From NCBI GenBank assembly GCA_934699095.1, contig CAKUVI010000003.1, positions 233,076-297,075 on the forward strand: 64,000 nucleotides of DNA, given 5' to 3'. The DNA is from an uncultured Bacteroidales bacterium. Its GTDB lineage: Bacteria; Bacteroidota; Bacteroidia; Bacteroidales; WCHB1-69. Position numbers and translations under genes: made by a program. The notes under the pieces are model-generated. The model saw nothing but the letters and a program-made list of their open reading frames with translations, made no database searches and was not told the origin of the DNA. This document shows, one piece after another, positions 30,986 to 42,063 of this stretch; positions within the stretch are counted from its first letter, which is position 1; every line of letters starts with the position of its first letter.

Positions 30986-32371
30986 CTATCTCTTCTTAAA
31001 AAAACTGAATTTTTTTAATTCCAACTTAGAATCATCAAACCTGCCAGCTTCCGGCAAGTCGCCCTTATGGCAGAGATAATAATCGTGAACTTCCTTGTCG
31101 GTGAAGCTCACATGTCTGTAAAAATAGCAATAAGCAATGGTTGAATACTCACGCTGCATCTTCTCACTCACGCTTATTATCGAATGTTCCGGTATTTCTG
31201 GGAGTATTTTTTGCAAATCGGTGATTATATCTTTATCCCTCTTTATCTGCTTGTAATTAAAGCTGTTAAATGTTACGGCCAAAGAGATCAGAAACAGTGA
31301 AACAACGTTGAAATAAAGTTTGAAGTTTGGTTTCATTTTCCAATTCAGCAGTACAGGCTGCAGCACCAAAGCAAGCGACAATGCAGCAAAAGGATATACG
31401 GTGAGAATGTAAAAGTCACGCTGTTTGAGACTCAGCATCATCGGGAGCACCCCGCACAAAGACAACACCAGGAGTGCAACAGCCGTGTTCCAATCAACAC
31501 TACCCCAAAAACTCTTTTTGCTTTTTATATGGATAGCCAAATGGAGAAGAACAACAATAACTACTGGGATTATCATTTGAGTGATGAATTTCCAGACAAT
31601 GAAAAATCGGGAATCCACCACCTGCCTTTGTTTTATGCTCTCCACAACCTGCAACTGATAGTATGTGGTCGCATAATGGAAAGCCTTTGGGTTCAACAGT
31701 AATAAAAAGGCCAGTGGAAGCAAAAGTGAAGTGACAAGCACAATTGTATCTACGGCGGCCCTTTTAATAGGGATTTTCCGGGCAAAAAGAGACCAAACAA
31801 CAGGCATTGCGAGGGGATACAGTCCCGTGAATCCCTTAGTTAACACAGTCAAGAAGAGAGAGAATCCTGACAGGACCAAGAACATGAACCTTTTTTCACG
31901 CAGACTCATCAAATAGAACAACACAGAGGAAACAACGAAAACCGCCATGGTGTTCTCAAGCAGGTTGTTAACCGAGCCCCATGAAACTATTGGGATCATG
32001 ACATATATGAAAAGCACGAAAGGGAAGTGTCGTCGCTCACCGCCTATCTCCCTCCAGATGAAAAACATCATAAAAGCCACAATGAAGTACGTAAAAAGGG
32101 AATAAAGTTTAGCGACGAAAAGGGTATTCCCGAAATGGAAAAAAAGCGACTCCAATCCAAGTGCCAAAGGTGGGTGCCCATAAAACTCCACATTATTAGT
32201 GACGGTGAACTGTGGCTGCCAAAAAGTCCCGAGTCCCTCTGACAGGTTCCTTGAGATTGTTGCATAATACAATCCATCCATAAACATGCCTTCTGTCAGG
32301 AACTTGTCGGAGATCAACAAGAAAAAAAGAGCTATCACAAAAAGGTAGCCAAAGAAATTCCGTCTCATCAA
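30986..32371 (-). CDS. ArnT/PMT-like (GT39/GT83-type) polytopic glycosyltransferase
   Basis: 461 aa with more than 10 predicted TM helices. N-terminal region is [22 protein letters not shown]...YGHPPL. Family-level call only. Confidence 0.6.
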   Translation of the reverse strand: MMRRNFFGYLFVIALFFLLISDKFLTEGMFMDGLYYATISRNLSEGLGTFWQPQFTVTNNVEFYGHPPLALGLESLFFHFGNTLFVAKLYSLFTYFIVAFMMFFIWREIGGERRHFPFVLFIYVMIPIVSWGSVNNLLENTMAVFVVSSVLFYLMSLREKRFMFLVLSGFSLFLTVLTKGFTGLYPLAMPVVWSLFARKIPIKRAAVDTIVLVTSLLLPLAFLLLLNPKAFHYATTYYQLQVVESIKQRQVVDSRFFIVWKFITQMIIPVVIVVLLHLAIHIKSKKSFWGSVDWNTAVALLVLSLCGVLPMMLSLKQRDFYILTVYPFAALSLALVLQPVLLNWKMKPNFKLYFNVVSLFLISLAVTFNSFNYKQIKRDKDIITDLQKILPEIPEHSIISVSEKMQREYSTIAYCYFYRHVSFTDKEVHDYYLCHKGDLPEAGRFDDSKLELKKFSFFKKR

Positions 32372-32463
32372 ATTACCAATCTAAAAAGAAGGCACAAAAA
32401 TAAAAAATTTACCATTAAAAAATTGTACATTTGCGCTCCTTTTCACAAACACAATTGCGAGTT

Positions 32464-32934
32464 ATGAAGATAAGACTTATATGGGTTGGCAAGACAGACG
32501 GCGACATCTTTGACGAAGCCATAAAGTCATATTCTAAGAAAATCACATCATATTTTCCTTACGAAACCGTTGCAGTGCCATACTTGAAAAATGCCAAGAG
32601 CATGTCGGAGGAGGAGCAGAAGAAGCGTGAGGGGGAGATGATTTTAAAGAAGATCGAGAATGAAGATTATGTGGTATTGTTGGATGAGCGGGGAAAGGAA
32701 TTCACCTCTGTTCAATTCTCCGACTTTGTGCAGCAGCGCGCAAATTCAGGATTAAAGACACTGACATTTGTGATTGGCGGAGCGTACGGTTTTTCAAAAG
32801 ATGTCTATGCGCGCCAGAACGCACAAATAGCGCTTTCAAAACTCACATTCCCGCATATCATGGTCCGTTTGGTTTTCGCCGAACAACTGTATCGCGCATG
32901 CACAATACTCCACAACGAGCCATATCACCACTAA
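32464..32934 (+). CDS. rlmH: 23S rRNA (pseudouridine1915-N3)-methyltransferase RlmH
   Basis: MKIRLIWVGKT...FVIGGAYGF...LSKLTFPH. Start moved to the ATG at 32464. Confidence 0.9.
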   Translation: MKIRLIWVGKTDGDIFDEAIKSYSKKITSYFPYETVAVPYLKNAKSMSEEEQKKREGEMILKKIENEDYVVLLDERGKEFTSVQFSDFVQQRANSGLKTLTFVIGGAYGFSKDVYARQNAQIALSKLTFPHIMVRLVFAEQLYRACTILHNEPYHH

Positions 32935-32946
32935 AAGCATAAAACT

Positions 32947-34071
32947 ATGGATAACACTGAAACACGCAGGCATCTGCACTCGATAGCTGAACCTTCAAAC
33001 GAAGAGAAGTGCACATCCTCGTTTATAGTCGAACAGTTAGAAAACACTACTCCAACTAAAATCAGAAGATTCGGGAGCGGGCATCACATACTTGCCGAGT
33101 ACGATTTTGGCCACGGAGGCTCCACGGTTTTGTTGCGCGCCGACATGGACGCGGTGTGCGTGCAGGAGAGCTCTTCACTACCCTACCACTCGCTGCAGGA
33201 GGGAGTTTCGCACAAATGCGGTCATGACGGGCACAGCACCATACTTTTGGCCGTCGCAGAGATGCTGAGAAAAAAACCGCTGCCAAGAGGCAAAGTTCTG
33301 CTGCTTTTTCAGGGCGCCGAAGAGACCGGCAGCGGCGCACAGGAAATCCTGAGTGACGGCATGCTTTCGGAATATGATATTGAACACGTGTATGCCCTGC
33401 ATAACATCCCGGCCACCGAGAAAAACACAATAATCTGCAAACCGAACAGTTTCACCTGCTCTGTGGTCAGCTGCGAAATAACACTCAAAGGGAAAACCGC
33501 CCACGCCGCAGAGCCGTGGAACGCCGTATCCCCTTTTGAAACAGCCAACAACATCACCGAATTTGTCATGTCACTTAACAACAACAATATTGACAGCGAT
33601 GATTTCTGCGTGGCAACACTTATAGAATTCAGAATCGGTGAGAAAGCCTACGGCGTGGCAGCGGGAAACGGCGTGCTACGCTTCACCATACGCACCAAAT
33701 CCGATCCCTTGCTCAAGGAGATAAAAAGACAAATTGTGGAAGTTGTCAATACTGAAACCGCAAAAATCCATGGTTTAGAAAGCTCTGTCAACTGGATAGA
33801 ATACTTTGCCGCAACCGACAACGCCGCAGAGGCCGTGGATACCATCATGCAATCTGCAAAAAAACTCGGTCTTACATATATCGACAAACCTGAACCTTTT
33901 TTCTGGGGCGAGGATTTCGGACTCTTCACGCAACACTACACCGGCGCGCTGTTCGGATTGGGCTCAGGCATCGACCAACCCCCGCTACATCACCCGGATT
34001 TTGATTTCCCCGATGAAATAATTGAGACTGGGGCCGAGATGTTTTACGAATTGGCAAGTCGCAGCGTTTAA
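32947..34071 (+). CDS. M20 family amidohydrolase
   Basis: 374 aa. Metal-binding motifs HKCGHDGH and QGAEETGSGA. Confidence 0.85.
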   Translation: MDNTETRRHLHSIAEPSNEEKCTSSFIVEQLENTTPTKIRRFGSGHHILAEYDFGHGGSTVLLRADMDAVCVQESSSLPYHSLQEGVSHKCGHDGHSTILLAVAEMLRKKPLPRGKVLLLFQGAEETGSGAQEILSDGMLSEYDIEHVYALHNIPATEKNTIICKPNSFTCSVVSCEITLKGKTAHAAEPWNAVSPFETANNITEFVMSLNNNNIDSDDFCVATLIEFRIGEKAYGVAAGNGVLRFTIRTKSDPLLKEIKRQIVEVVNTETAKIHGLESSVNWIEYFAATDNAAEAVDTIMQSAKKLGLTYIDKPEPFFWGEDFGLFTQHYTGALFGLGSGIDQPPLHHPDFDFPDEIIETGAEMFYELASRSV

Positions 34072-34077
34072 CCACCG

Positions 34078-34785
34078 TTAATCGTGAAGATAATGTTCTA
34101 AAAGAACAACATCTTCACGCGTGGTGAGCTTGATATTTCGTCTGTCACCCGCCACTACCGCTATTTCAACTTCAGGAAGATAGCGTTTTACCATGCCGCA
34201 GTCATCGGTGATACCTGTCTGGGGATCTGCGAGATACCTTTGATATGCCTCCCGTATCACATTGAAGGAGAAAGCCTGTGGAGTCTGGGCCATATACATC
34301 ATGCTTCTTTTGGGTATTTCCCTGACAAGCCGCGTGTCCTCCCCCACATTGAAGATCGTGTCTGTTGCGGGCACTGCCACCGCCACCGCCTCATACCTGT
34401 CAAGTGCCTTCACTGTGTCTTCGATGATTCTTAAACTCACACAAGGCCGCGCCGCATCATGAAAAATCAGGTTAACATTTTCTGAATCACAGGCATTTAC
34501 GGCGTTGAACGTAGAATCAGTTCGCTGGTCGCCTCCGCTTATTAACTTTGTAACCTTCTTCCACGAATTCTTGTTCACAATACTTTGCATTTCTGCAAGA
34601 TGTAACGGGTTCATCACAATCCAAACCTCGGCAATTCCCCCGGATTTTTCGAAGGCTTCAATCGAATATTCGATAATGGATCGGCCGTTGATTTTGAAAA
34701 ACTGCTTAGGCAGTTCATGTCCGAAACGGCTGCCACTGCCGCCTGCCAAAACAATTGCTATATTCCTTTTGGAAGAATTCATCAC
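34078..34785 (-). CDS. ispD: 2-C-methyl-D-erythritol 4-phosphate cytidylyltransferase (IspD/TarI family)
   Basis: IAIVLAGGSGSRFG...PKQF and HDAARP. Confidence 0.85.
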   Translation of the reverse strand: MMNSSKRNIAIVLAGGSGSRFGHELPKQFFKINGRSIIEYSIEAFEKSGGIAEVWIVMNPLHLAEMQSIVNKNSWKKVTKLISGGDQRTDSTFNAVNACDSENVNLIFHDAARPCVSLRIIEDTVKALDRYEAVAVAVPATDTIFNVGEDTRLVREIPKRSMMYMAQTPQAFSFNVIREAYQRYLADPQTGITDDCGMVKRYLPEVEIAVVAGDRRNIKLTTREDVVLLEHYLHD

Positions 34786-34791
34786 AGAGTC

Positions 34792-35736
34792 TTATTCCGT
34801 AGGCAGAGCCTTGAAACCTTCGCCCATGATTTCCGCACTGTCGATGATATTCACGAAAGCCGTCGGATCAATATTGTGAAGGTTGTTTTTCAACTTGATA
34901 AAATCGGCACGTTCGAGTGAAACGTAGATCATACTGCGCTCTGCGCCGCCATAGAGGCCTTTGCCCACAAACAGCGTACCGCCGCGTTTGAGGTCGTTGA
35001 GAATAAATTGACGCATATTCTCGACGTTGTTGGTCACAATGTAAACCGTCTTATACGTTTTCATGCCTTCAACAATGAGGTCGATGATCTTACCTTCTAT
35101 ATAAATAATGATGATAGAGTATATAGGCAGACGTATCTGCTTGAAAGCGATGAGAGTTGTGAGTGTAATGATGGAGTCAACGATTATAACCAGGGTTCCA
35201 AGTGATATCTTAGTGTATTTGTGAATAATCATGGATATGATGTCACTGCCTCCTGAGGTTGCGCCGGAACGGAATATCAAACCGATGGCTACACCGTAAA
35301 TCACACCCGCAACCATAGTGTTCAAGAAGTAATCTGGCATGAAGAACATATCGCTGTGAGGTATCTGAACCATGTTCGGAAGGGCTTGTGAAGCGTCAAC
35401 AATACCCTCGTGAATCACAGGATTGTAGCCCCATAAAGTCTCAATAACCCATGTGAAAGCAAAAATCAAAATTGTAGAGAGGACGGTCTTGAACCCGAAG
35501 CGCGGACCCAGAATCCATGTGCCGATGAGCAGAAGAGGTATGTCCATACAGATTGCATAATAACTGATCTTCCAAGGGAAAACTGTGTTCAAGACGTTCG
35601 ACAAACCATAGGTGCCACCGGGTGCCAAAAGGTAAGGATTCACGAACATGACGTCACCGACTGCGAAGATAAAACTGCCGGCAATCAACAGTAAGTATGC
35701 GATAATCTGCTCTTTAACTCTATTTTTCTGTACCAT
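34792..35736 (-). CDS. YitT family membrane protein (DUF2179 C-terminal domain)
   Basis: Polytopic N-terminal part plus a soluble C-terminal domain. Start set to the ATG at 35734-35736 (MVQKNRVKEQ); the ORF-track start is a TTG. Confidence 0.8.
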   Translation of the reverse strand: MVQKNRVKEQIIAYLLLIAGSFIFAVGDVMFVNPYLLAPGGTYGLSNVLNTVFPWKISYYAICMDIPLLLIGTWILGPRFGFKTVLSTILIFAFTWVIETLWGYNPVIHEGIVDASQALPNMVQIPHSDMFFMPDYFLNTMVAGVIYGVAIGLIFRSGATSGGSDIISMIIHKYTKISLGTLVIIVDSIITLTTLIAFKQIRLPIYSIIIIYIEGKIIDLIVEGMKTYKTVYIVTNNVENMRQFILNDLKRGGTLFVGKGLYGGAERSMIYVSLERADFIKLKNNLHNIDPTAFVNIIDSAEIMGEGFKALPTE

Positions 35737-35920
35737 TTCTTTGTCTTTTTTGCGGCCGCGAAAGTACAAATATTTTCGTTAGCCTCCACTGCTGTCTGAA
35801 CTTATAATTGTTGAAGAATTAAAAATCTTTCAAACCTGAATAATAATAAAAAAAATTACCTTTGCGTTGTAAAACTAATTGGCAGAATCGATGTCATATA
35901 TAAACATTAACACTGGTCAG

Positions 35921-36289
35921 ATGTTCAGAAAATTGCTGAAAATTTCAGTCTTTATAGCGACTGTTGTCGTCATGGGTGGTTGCGACACGCTCTTCGGTGG
36001 TCAGAAGTTCGACAAAACACTGCTGTCGGGATATTGGGTGTCGGGCACCGTGCACCAATATTTTGCCCCCGAGGGCACTGGCTACACCTGGGACACCGAC
36101 GACGACGTCACCGAAGAGGAAGCACAACGTTTTACATGGACTTTGGACAAGACCCAACTGACACAAATACATCAAATGGAGATGGGTGGCAATATCCCAA
36201 AAACCTACACCGTTACCAAATTGAACGCCACTTTGTTGGAATACCACGATGACTATGGCAAATATTATTCATTTACGAAGGAAAAATGA
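35921..36289 (+). CDS. Small lipoprotein, function unknown
   Basis: MFRKLLKISVFIATVVVMGGC (lipobox). Its stop overlaps the start of the next gene (ATGA at 36286-36289). Confidence 0.5.
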   Translation: MFRKLLKISVFIATVVVMGGCDTLFGGQKFDKTLLSGYWVSGTVHQYFAPEGTGYTWDTDDDVTEEEAQRFTWTLDKTQLTQIHQMEMGGNIPKTYTVTKLNATLLEYHDDYGKYYSFTKEK

Positions 36290-39200
36290 AAAAGATTCTA
36301 AAAATATCGGCAATCGTCCTTTCTTCTGTGGTGGCATTGTTTCTCATTGCCTTCTCCGTTGTATGTTTTAACATTTTTTCACCCTCCAAGCTGACGAAAA
36401 TTGTCAATAACAACGCTGACAAATTTCTGACCTGTGACTTCAGCATAGACAGGGCGGAATTAACTCTTTTTAAGACGTTTCCGAAAGTGGGAATCGATTT
36501 GCAAAACACAACCTTAGTGAACAACGACACACTACTGCACGCCAAAAACCTGATAGCTTCTATCGATGTCAGGGAGTTTCTGCGCAATAAAAGAGTCATC
36601 GTTCACGATTTTTTCCTCGACGATGGCAACGTGAACATTATCATCGATGAAAACGGAAATCCCAACTACAACGTGCTGCGCTCCGACAACAGCGATTCCA
36701 CCTCAAATTTCAACTATTTTATTGACTTAAAAAAAGTTAAGACAAAAGACGTTGACTTAAGCTACAACAACCGTCAATCGAACCTTGCCGCCTCACTGAA
36801 AAAAAGCGACATCCTGCTCAAGGGCAGCTATAACGAAAACGTGGCCGACGGCACCCTCTCCCTCCAAGCCGACAAATTCGCACTTCTGGCTAAAGACAGC
36901 TCCAGAATATCCTTCACCGGTGACGACATAGCCCTTGACTTTGACGGCAGTTTAACAGATTTTAATACAATTGCTGGCGACTTGTGTATAGATTTGAAGA
37001 AATCAGTTGTTGACCTTGACACCAACCGCTACGTTGACACCCTTGACCTGCACCTGAAATCCGATGTCAACGCCGACCTGTCTGTATGGAGCCTTGCATT
37101 GGCAGACGCAGAATGCAGCATCGGCGAATGCGACTTCAAACTCTCGGGCAATGCGCACAACAACGAGGAGAAAAACGCAATTGACATAGATTTCAACTAC
37201 GAGACGCCAAGCTGGGACATCGACGAGGTGATTCCGAAAATCCCGAGAGCCATCATCGGTGATGTCTTGGACGACATGGAACTCCACGGCAAAATCGCCC
37301 TTGCCGGGAAAGTAATCGGCCTATACAATGACACCCTTTGGCCTTACATCACATCAGATATCGCCGTAAAAAATGGTGAGTTAAGAAAAGCCGACCTGCC
37401 ACTCTCTTTCCAGAAAATCGACGCCTTGCTCGACCTCGACATGGACCTCAACAACCGAACCAATGTCAATATTAAGTCTCTGACAGCCACCACAAAAAAA
37501 CGAAACAAACTTTCCGCTACAGGCTCTATCAAAAATCTGTTCGGAAAAATGCTCTTCGACCTCGTGGCATCAGGCAACCTTCATATCACCGACTTTACTG
37601 AATTCTTGCCCAAAGACTTTACAAAATATGAAGGCCTGGCAGACATAAAAATGAAGACAAACTTCGACTATGACTCTGACAAAGGGTTCTCCGTAGCTGA
37701 CATGACAGCCGACATGGACTGTAAATTCACTAATTTTAACATTCTTTACCATGACACAACATCCATCTCCTCCCCTTTCCTGACAGCCAAAATAAAATTT
37801 CCGATACAAGAAAGACCTTACAAGATAGATGAATGGCTCAACGCAAAAGTAAACGCGGGCAAATTGGAGATTAAAAACCTCTCGGATCTTGCCATCACAG
37901 CCTCTGATGTCAATTTAGATGCATACACTAACGACCTGTTAGACAGCACTGTTGATCTCAAATTTGCAACCACTTATGACATATCTAACTTCAATCTTGA
38001 CCTTGATACTGTAAATGTTAACCTCAACTACCCTAAAGGCAAGTTTGTAATGTCAGACGAAGATCATTTCATTATTGATTATCAAGGAAATACAGCTCGT
38101 GTGAAATCGGGTCAGACCGTCAACTTTGTCACCGACAATCTGAATCTCAAGGCTAAAGCCGCCTACAAAGACAACGAAGAGAACATTATTTTGCAATGGT
38201 CGCCGGTTGTCACCCTGAAAATGACAAACGCCAATTTAGGCATCAAAGACATAGATCATCATTTGGTATCTCCTCAACTTGACATTGATTTCAACACCAA
38301 AAAATGCGAGTTAAAAAAAGTTAATGCAAAGTTTGGCGAGTCGGATGTGGCACTCAACGGGACAATAACAGGCATTGAGGATTTCATAAAAGAGACCGGA
38401 CTGTTGAAGGGCAACCTCAACCTTACAGCGAACTATCTGAATCTGAACGAAATACTTGACGTCATCGATGGTTTGGGCGCGCCTGACTCACTGAGTGAAC
38501 AAGCCCAATCAATGAAAAGCAACAAAGAAGATGTACCTTTCATTGTGCCATTCGGAATCGACATGAGTATGAAAACCACAATAAAAAAAGCTTTGGTTGA
38601 AGACGTGGAGTTTCGGAATATAGCAGGCCAAGTGTATGTCAAGGACGGTGTTTTGGTGTTGGAGGAAATGGGTCTCACCAACGATGCCGCAAAAATGCAG
38701 CTGACCGCCATGTACAAGACCCCGCGTCTGAACCACCTCTTCCTCGGTTTCGACTTCCATCTTCTTGACATCAAGATAGATAAACTGATAGCAATGATAC
38801 CTGATGTGGACACTATCCTGCCGATGCTGAAATCTTTCAGCGGCAATGCCGAATTCCATTTCGCGGCAGAGACTTATCTGAAATCTAACTACGACATCAA
38901 ATTCTCAACCCTGCGTGGCGCCGCTGCCATAAACGGCAAGGATTTGGTCGTTCTCGACAATGAAACTTACCGCAACATCTCCAAAAAACTGCTCTTTAAC
39001 AAGAAAACAGAGAACAAAATCGACAGCTTATCCACCGAAATCACCATCTTCAAAAATGAAGTTGACGTCTATCCGTTCTTGGTTTCCATTGACAAATACA
39101 GCGCAATAATATCCGGACGGCACAACTTGGACATGACCTACGACTACAACATCTCACTTGTCAAACCCGTCAGAATCGGTCTTGACATTATCGGCATGCC

Positions 39201-39342
39201 CGACAAACTCAAGTACAAAGTTGGAAAGGCAAAATATGCCAACGACTTCAAACCTGAGCGCAAAAAAGTTGTGGAAAGTAAAATAATGGAGCTGAAATCT
39301 CTTATTAACAGCACATTAAGAAGTAACGTAAAGGCACAATAA
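36286..39342 (+). CDS. AsmA/TamB-like large envelope protein
   Basis: 1018 aa. A single N-terminal TM anchor followed by a long beta-rich repetitive body typical of the AsmA-like family. Family-level call only. Confidence 0.65.
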   Translation: MKKILKISAIVLSSVVALFLIAFSVVCFNIFSPSKLTKIVNNNADKFLTCDFSIDRAELTLFKTFPKVGIDLQNTTLVNNDTLLHAKNLIASIDVREFLRNKRVIVHDFFLDDGNVNIIIDENGNPNYNVLRSDNSDSTSNFNYFIDLKKVKTKDVDLSYNNRQSNLAASLKKSDILLKGSYNENVADGTLSLQADKFALLAKDSSRISFTGDDIALDFDGSLTDFNTIAGDLCIDLKKSVVDLDTNRYVDTLDLHLKSDVNADLSVWSLALADAECSIGECDFKLSGNAHNNEEKNAIDIDFNYETPSWDIDEVIPKIPRAIIGDVLDDMELHGKIALAGKVIGLYNDTLWPYITSDIAVKNGELRKADLPLSFQKIDALLDLDMDLNNRTNVNIKSLTATTKKRNKLSATGSIKNLFGKMLFDLVASGNLHITDFTEFLPKDFTKYEGLADIKMKTNFDYDSDKGFSVADMTADMDCKFTNFNILYHDTTSISSPFLTAKIKFPIQERPYKIDEWLNAKVNAGKLEIKNLSDLAITASDVNLDAYTNDLLDSTVDLKFATTYDISNFNLDLDTVNVNLNYPKGKFVMSDEDHFIIDYQGNTARVKSGQTVNFVTDNLNLKAKAAYKDNEENIILQWSPVVTLKMTNANLGIKDIDHHLVSPQLDIDFNTKKCELKKVNAKFGESDVALNGTITGIEDFIKETGLLKGNLNLTANYLNLNEILDVIDGLGAPDSLSEQAQSMKSNKEDVPFIVPFGIDMSMKTTIKKALVEDVEFRNIAGQVYVKDGVLVLEEMGLTNDAAKMQLTAMYKTPRLNHLFLGFDFHLLDIKIDKLIAMIPDVDTILPMLKSFSGNAEFHFAAETYLKSNYDIKFSTLRGAAAINGKDLVVLDNETYRNISKKLLFNKKTENKIDSLSTEITIFKNEVDVYPFLVSIDKYSAIISGRHNLDMTYDYNISLVKPVRIGLDIIGMPDKLKYKVGKAKYANDFKPERKKVVESKIMELKSLINSTLRSNVKAQ

Positions 39343-39346
39343 ACTA

Positions 39347-39934
39347 TTATTCTTCCTTGTTAAGTTCGTTAAAACAGTGGCGGCAGAGCGGCACATAGGC
39401 GTCTTTTTCGCCAAGAAGCACCTGACTCTGACTTGCTACGATGCGGTGCGAATATTGCGCAAGGTCGCCACACTGAGTGCAGATAGCATGTTGCTTGCTG
39501 ACGTATTCGGCGACCGCCATCAACTTGGGCATCGGACCAAATGGATTTCCCTTGAAATCCATATCTAACCCGCTGACAATCACGCGTATGCCTGCGTTTG
39601 CGAGTTGATTGCAAACATCAACTATGCCATCATCGAAGAATTGCACCTCATCAATGGCTACCACCTGCACCGTGCTCATGTTCACATACAACAGAATCTC
39701 AGAAGAGTTGTTGACGGGAGTCGAAATACGGGAATTCTCATTATGAGACACCACATCGTTCTCGTCATAACGCGTGTCTATGGCCGGCTTGAAAAGCTCG
39801 ATCTCCTGGTTGGCGAACTCCGCACGACGTATCCTCCGCAGCAACTCCTCCGTCTTGCCCGAAAACATTGATCCACAGATCACTTCTATCCATCCTCTCT
39901 TATTATTTCTACTCGCTTTATTTTCTAAAAACAT
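39347..39934 (-). CDS. tdk: Thymidine kinase
   Basis: P-loop [14 protein letters not shown] and a C-terminal zinc ribbon (CTQCG...CRHC). Confidence 0.93.
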   Translation of the reverse strand: MFLENKASRNNKRGWIEVICGSMFSGKTEELLRRIRRAEFANQEIELFKPAIDTRYDENDVVSHNENSRISTPVNNSSEILLYVNMSTVQVVAIDEVQFFDDGIVDVCNQLANAGIRVIVSGLDMDFKGNPFGPMPKLMAVAEYVSKQHAICTQCGDLAQYSHRIVASQSQVLLGEKDAYVPLCRHCFNELNKEE

Positions 39935-40033
39935 TTTAAAAATAGTTGTTGAAGAATTTAGTATTTTTGCAGATTTTTAGGACTGCAAAGTTAATATATT
40001 TGTAGGTTTTTTTATCGCTAAAAATTTCAAAAA

Positions 40034-41119
40034 ATGAACGACACATATAACAAACTTTCTGAATTGATTGATAACTGCTTGTCTTTCAGCGTTGAAGACA
40101 ACAAAATGGCTCTGATTGAGAAAGAAATTATCCTCGAAAAGATCAGAGACCTTTACGTTATGGTCGCCAAAGCTGAAACCGAAGAATACAAATCAGAGGC
40201 TGGCGCCAGGGAGGAATGCCCCACTGACAACGACAAACAGGAAAAGGCCTTCATTGCTGAGAATGTTCCTTCCCAGCCCAAACGAGAATACACCAAGGCC
40301 AAAACCCTTGAGGAAGATGTTGATCTGTTTTTCGACACAGAACACGAAAGTTACAACAACACCGAAGTTCAGGAAGAATTAGAAAAAATAGAGGCCGAGA
40401 TTCATACCGAACAGCAAAAGCCCGAAATCGAAGCCCAACAAATGAAGACTGACATTCCAACTCCCGAGCCAATAATTGAGGAAGAAGCAAAGGAAGAGGA
40501 CATATTCGACAATTTGGAACTTGAGACCGAAATAGTTGTTGATGATGTCATTAAAGACGATTCATCAGAACTTTTCTCTGAAGAGGAAATCAAAATAAAC
40601 CTTGAGCCTGAAAAGCCTGTTGAGGCACCTAAACCGGAACCTATAACAGAAAAGCCTGTTAAAACAGCTGAAAAGCCGGAGCAAAAGCAACAAGCCCCTG
40701 TGAAACCCATGGTTCAGAAAGATGTCAAAAAGCAATATGAACCCAACGATGAGGATGACATCATGCATTTTGCTCCAAAAAGACAAAACGCTCCCAAACC
40801 CCAGCAGCAAACCCAACGCTCACTGAACGACCTTTTCAATGAATCCAGGGAAGACAACTCTATCAGCGGACAGTTCCAACGAGCCAAGGTTGGCGATTTG
40901 ACCAAGGCAATCTCAATAAACGACAAATTCACTTATATTAAAGAGCTCTTCCACAACAGGGGAGAAGATTTCAGCGACGCAATAAAAAAACTCAACGACT
41001 GCAAAAATTTGGGTGACGCCTTTGACTGTTTGGAGGAACTGAAACAGAAATACTACTGGGATTCCACATCTGATGCGTATCTCTCATTCTGCGACCTTTT
41101 AAGAAGAAAATATTCATAG
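40034..41119 (+). CDS. Hypothetical protein with an acidic low-complexity centre and a structured C-terminal domain
   Basis: 361 aa. The E/K/P-rich middle part is followed by about 100 aa of ordinary composition. No recognisable motif. Confidence 0.5.
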   Translation: MNDTYNKLSELIDNCLSFSVEDNKMALIEKEIILEKIRDLYVMVAKAETEEYKSEAGAREECPTDNDKQEKAFIAENVPSQPKREYTKAKTLEEDVDLFFDTEHESYNNTEVQEELEKIEAEIHTEQQKPEIEAQQMKTDIPTPEPIIEEEAKEEDIFDNLELETEIVVDDVIKDDSSELFSEEEIKINLEPEKPVEAPKPEPITEKPVKTAEKPEQKQQAPVKPMVQKDVKKQYEPNDEDDIMHFAPKRQNAPKPQQQTQRSLNDLFNESREDNSISGQFQRAKVGDLTKAISINDKFTYIKELFHNRGEDFSDAIKKLNDCKNLGDAFDCLEELKQKYYWDSTSDAYLSFCDLLRRKYS

Positions 41120-41131
41120 AATCAACGCCTT

Positions 41132-42019
41132 ATGTTATTACAAACTCTTTGCACTATAACTTGGAAAGTAAATCCGGTGGCCTTCCATATCGGTTCCGTG
41201 GAAGTGAGATGGTATGGGATTCTCTTGGCTTTAGGCTTTCTTTTGGCTTACTATACTCTCCAAAAAATTTTCAAAACCGAAAAATTATCACAAAAACTCC
41301 TTGATAAGATATCAATCTGGACAATAGTATGGACTATTGTAGGACTACGATTGGGGCATTTCCTGTTTTATGAACCTGAAATGTTCAAGACTGCTCCGCT
41401 TCAGATCCTGCTTCCTGTAGATGAAAATTGGCATTTTATCGGATATCAAGGACTTGCGAGTCATGGTGGGGTTATTGGTATTTTCGGTTTCCTGATTTAT
41501 TATTGTTGGAGACACAAAATCAATTTTTTATGGATTCTTGACAGGTTGGCCATTGCTGTGCCTATTGCCGCGTCATTTGTCAGAATCGGCAACCTTATGA
41601 ATCACGAGATAGTTGGCAGCATCACAAACGTGCCATGGGCTTTCGATTTCATTTACGGCGGATTTGGCATCGCTGGAACTTTCCGCCATCCCGCACAACT
41701 CTATGAGTCAATTGTTTACCTATCTGTATTCATAGGGCTCGCCATTTATTATTTCAAGTTTGCCAAGGGCAAAGTTGCGGCAGGTCGCACTTCCGGAATC
41801 ACCCTCACTGTAATATTTGTGGCACGCTTTATCATTGAGTTCTTCAAAGAGGTTCAAGTACAATCCGAGATGGACCATGTTCTCAACAACGGCCAATGGC
41901 TCTCGATACCTTTCATCGTGGTGGGCTTAGGACTCTTGATTTACTCCTTCGTGAAAAAATCTTATCCGGAGTGCCAATACAAAGAAGAACTTGACATGGA
42001 AGAGAAGAAAAAGAAATAA
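41132..42019 (+). CDS. lgt: Prolipoprotein diacylglyceryl transferase
   Basis: Polytopic protein with VRWYGILLALGF and HPAQLYES motifs. Confidence 0.9.
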   Translation: MLLQTLCTITWKVNPVAFHIGSVEVRWYGILLALGFLLAYYTLQKIFKTEKLSQKLLDKISIWTIVWTIVGLRLGHFLFYEPEMFKTAPLQILLPVDENWHFIGYQGLASHGGVIGIFGFLIYYCWRHKINFLWILDRLAIAVPIAASFVRIGNLMNHEIVGSITNVPWAFDFIYGGFGIAGTFRHPAQLYESIVYLSVFIGLAIYYFKFAKGKVAAGRTSGITLTVIFVARFIIEFFKEVQVQSEMDHVLNNGQWLSIPFIVVGLGLLIYSFVKKSYPECQYKEELDMEEKKKK

Positions 42020-42063
42020 TTTTTCTTCTGTAAAAATCATTTAACAAGAAAATAATCACACAA

